Below the pieces are notes generated by a model that saw only the letters and a program-made list of their open reading frames with translations, was not told where the DNA came from and made no database searches. The position numbers were made by a program, and so were the translations under genes. Of a stretch of DNA of 64,000 nucleotides, positions 61,514 to 64,000 are shown in pieces (within the stretch, counting starts at the first letter, position 1; each line of letters begins with the position of its first letter). Source of the DNA: an uncultured bacterium (GTDB taxonomy: Bacteria; Krumholzibacteriota; Krumholzibacteriia; JACNKJ01); the NCBI GenBank assembly GCA_963695095.1, contig CAVOFT010000001.1, positions 160,001 to 224,000 of the forward strand, written 5' to 3'.

Positions 61514-64000
61514 ATGCGCCGGATCGCTGTCGTCGCTCTGTTGCTCGTTCTCTTTACCTTACCCGCACAGGCCCAGCGCGTCGGTCCCGACGAGGCGCGC
61601 CAGGCCGGCGAGGCATTCCTGGCCTGGAAGCTGGCCGGCGCCGACGGCTGGGCCGGCCGCAGCGCCGCCGGCATCACTGCCTGCCAACCCCTCGTCGAGA
61701 ACGGCCGCGTCTACGCCTACTGGCTGCCGGTGTCGCCGGCCGGGCATCTGATCGTCTCGCCCTTGCGCCAGTTGCCGGCCGTCAAGGCATGGTCGGAGAC
61801 CGACGACTTCGACCCCGATCAGCGGGACGGCTATCCGCTGCTCATTCGGCAGGTGATGAACGCGAGCCTCGACTACCTCGTCGACACCTACGGCTCGCTG
61901 GACACCCTGCCCCGCGATGTGGCTCCGGCCAGCAACCGCGAATCCTGGACTTGGTTGCTCGATGGCGGCTCGGCTCCGCGCAGCCGCGACCTCGTGGGTC
62001 CGCTGGTCCCCGCGCTCTGGCACCAGAGCGCACCCTACTGGAATGATTGCCCGGCCGGCGACGGCGGGCAGTGCCTCGTCGGCTGCGTGGCCACATCGGC
62101 CGCCATGATCATGAACTACTGGCAGTATCCGCCGGCGGGTATCAGCAATCCTTCCTACTCCTGGAACGGCGACGACTCCTGTGGCGGGCAGTACGGCGGC
62201 GGACTGCTGCAGGTCACCTGCATCGATCCCTATGACTGGACGAGCATCCTGAATACCTACACCGCCGGCTACACGCCCGAACAGGCGGCGGCCGTGGCCG
62301 AGCTCAACTACGAAGTGGCCGTCGCCTTCCACATGGACTTCGGCCACTGCGCATCGGGAGCCTACGTCAGCGATGGCGAGACCGTGTACGAGGACGTCTT
62401 CGACTATCGGGAAGGCGCCACTTTCGTTCAGCGCTCCAACTATGACCAGGACGAATGGTGGGAGCTGATCGTCTCGGAGCTGCAGCAGTTGCCGCCGCGG
62501 CCCATCCACTACCGGATCTACGCCCACTCGATCATCTGCGACGGTTACCAGGACAACAGTAACCGTTACTACCACGTGAACTACGGCTGGGGCGGCTCGA
62601 ACAATGCCTGGTACGCCCTGGACAACCTCTTCTGCAACTGGGCGGGCTGCGACATCATGCAGGAGGGGCTGCTGTTCGGCCTCGAACCGCGCAACTACTT
62701 CCCCGTGAGCGAACCGGGCACCGCGACCATCTGGACCCACGGCGAGGAGCCGGCGCTGCCCATCTCCTGGTCCGGCTCGACGGCCGGGCAGGTGATCATC
62801 GACCTCTACAAGGGAGAGGTCCGCCTGGGCACCGTCGTCGACTGGACGGCGAACGACGGCAGCGAACCGCTCAACTACGCGGTGCTCGCGAGCTGGGGCA
62901 CAGGTGCGAACTACCGCCTCAAGGTGGTGGGCGATGACAACAAGTTCGGCTGGAGCGCGGCCTTCGGTATCTACGGTGCCGGCGGCTGGAGCGATGTCAC
63001 AGCCGGCGCCCCCCTGGGCGACACCGGCAACGGGCAGGGGATGGCCTGGGGCGACTGCAACGGCAACGGCTGGCCGGATCTCTACCTGGCCAACGAGATG
63101 TCGGGCAACCATCTCTTCGACAACCAGGCGGGAGCGAACTTCACTGACATCACCGCCGCACCCCTCAACGTGGCCGGGCACTCGCGCGGAGCCGCCTGGG
63201 CCGATGTCGACAATGACGGCGATCTGGATCTTTACCTGGCCCAGACCACCGGCAACGCGAACTTCCTCTTCCGCAACGACGGCGGCACCTTTACGGATAT
63301 CACCGCCGGCCCGCTCGGGGACACTTCCTACAGCTCCGACTGCGCCTGGGCGGACTACGATGCCGATGGCTTGGTGGACCTCTACATCACCAACATCTAC
63401 GCCGCGGACAAGCTGCTGCACAACGAGGGCGACGGCGTGTTCAGCGATGCTACCGCGGCGCCGCTCGGCGACACGGGCTACGGTCGCTCGGCGGTGTGGG
63501 GAGACTACGACGGCGACGGCGATCTCGACCTTTACCTGGTGCGCAGCGGCACGAACTTCCTGTTCCGGAACGAGGGCGGCGGCAGCTTCGCGGACGCGAC
63601 CTACGCCACGGGCACGGGCGACGCGGGGCTGGGCTACGGCGCGGCCTGGGGTGACTACGACAATGACGGCGACCTGGACATCTACATCAGCAACCAGGGC
63701 GCCAACGTGCTGCTGCGCAACGACGGCGGTTCGTTCAGCAGCGTCGCGGCCGGCCCCTTGAACGATGCCGGCGGCGGGCGCGGCGCCGCCTGGGGCGACT
63801 ACGACAACGACGGCTGGCTGGACCTCTACCTTTGCAACAACGACGGCGGCAACAAGCTCTTCCACAACGGAGGCGACGGCAGCTTCAGCGAGGCCACCGA
63901 TCCGCTGCTGGGCGACGAGGGGGCGAGCCAGTCGGCCGCCTTCGCCGACTATGACGGCGACGGCGATCTCGATCTCTACCTGGTCAACAGCAGCAGCGCG
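61514..64000 (+). CDS. C10 (streptopain-like) peptidase + FG-GAP repeats, 3' end outside window
   Basis: SD GGGAGG and signal peptide MRRIAVVALLL. WHQSAPYW...VGCVATSAAMIMNYW (Cys), YAHSIICDGY (His), YHVNYGWGG, then WGDYDNDGDLD-type repeats. Absent from the ORF track because there is no stop in the window. Confidence 0.9.
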   Translation, partial: MRRIAVVALLLVLFTLPAQAQRVGPDEARQAGEAFLAWKLAGADGWAGRSAAGITACQPLVENGRVYAYWLPVSPAGHLIVSPLRQLPAVKAWSETDDFDPDQRDGYPLLIRQVMNASLDYLVDTYGSLDTLPRDVAPASNRESWTWLLDGGSAPRSRDLVGPLVPALWHQSAPYWNDCPAGDGGQCLVGCVATSAAMIMNYWQYPPAGISNPSYSWNGDDSCGGQYGGGLLQVTCIDPYDWTSILNTYTAGYTPEQAAAVAELNYEVAVAFHMDFGHCASGAYVSDGETVYEDVFDYREGATFVQRSNYDQDEWWELIVSELQQLPPRPIHYRIYAHSIICDGYQDNSNRYYHVNYGWGGSNNAWYALDNLFCNWAGCDIMQEGLLFGLEPRNYFPVSEPGTATIWTHGEEPALPISWSGSTAGQVIIDLYKGEVRLGTVVDWTANDGSEPLNYAVLASWGTGANYRLKVVGDDNKFGWSAAFGIYGAGGWSDVTAGAPLGDTGNGQGMAWGDCNGNGWPDLYLANEMSGNHLFDNQAGANFTDITAAPLNVAGHSRGAAWADVDNDGDLDLYLAQTTGNANFLFRNDGGTFTDITAGPLGDTSYSSDCAWADYDADGLVDLYITNIYAADKLLHNEGDGVFSDATAAPLGDTGYGRSAVWGDYDGDGDLDLYLVRSGTNFLFRNEGGGSFADATYATGTGDAGLGYGAAWGDYDNDGDLDIYISNQGANVLLRNDGGSFSSVAAGPLNDAGGGRGAAWGDYDNDGWLDLYLCNNDGGNKLFHNGGDGSFSEATDPLLGDEGASQSAAFADYDGDGDLDLYLVNSSSA

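Noticed and set aside
62990..64000. DNA-level repeats such as GACGGCGATCTCGAC (also 51560-52490)
   Set aside because: Explained by FG-GAP protein repeats.

Overview
This is a high-GC bacterial chromosome segment starting at the replication origin: dnaA (5'-truncated), oriC, dnaN, recF, dciA/DUF721, gyrB, gyrA and rex. Accessory genes follow, then a ~30 kb cell-surface region, then nitrilase, sdhCAB and a 3'-truncated C10 peptidase/FG-GAP gene. Many secreted proteins end in an NxPNPFNP...WDGRD...GVY (FlgD-Ig / T9SS type-A-like) C-terminal domain, and one ends in an SWG-x-x-K-x-x-Y tail. This suggests a non-Bacteroidota FCB-group diderm such as Latescibacterota/Krumholzibacteriota (inference only). 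The best candidate for an undescribed system is a tightly coupled nine-gene minus-strand operon (38791-24404) plus a divergent paralog. Its poly-gamma-glutamate genes pgsB-pgsC-pgsW are followed by a secreted protein and an outer-membrane beta-barrel that share a three-copy unrecognised domain, an LVIVD/FN3/FGE-like lipoprotein and a DUF1624 acyltransferase. They are preceded by a beta-helix protein and a C25 gingipain/PorU-like protein. Both C25 paralogs lack the usual catalytic His (YRG[W/Y] instead of YxGH) but keep the Cys and share an HTR[FY]N motif. No capA, capD or capE is present. Other notable items are a duplicated terminator-plus-promoter unit separating cargo genes, a decayed tandem-DUF1670 element inserted at the last codons of a cargo gene, and several frameshifts. 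All family calls come from recognising motifs by eye; no database search was run.
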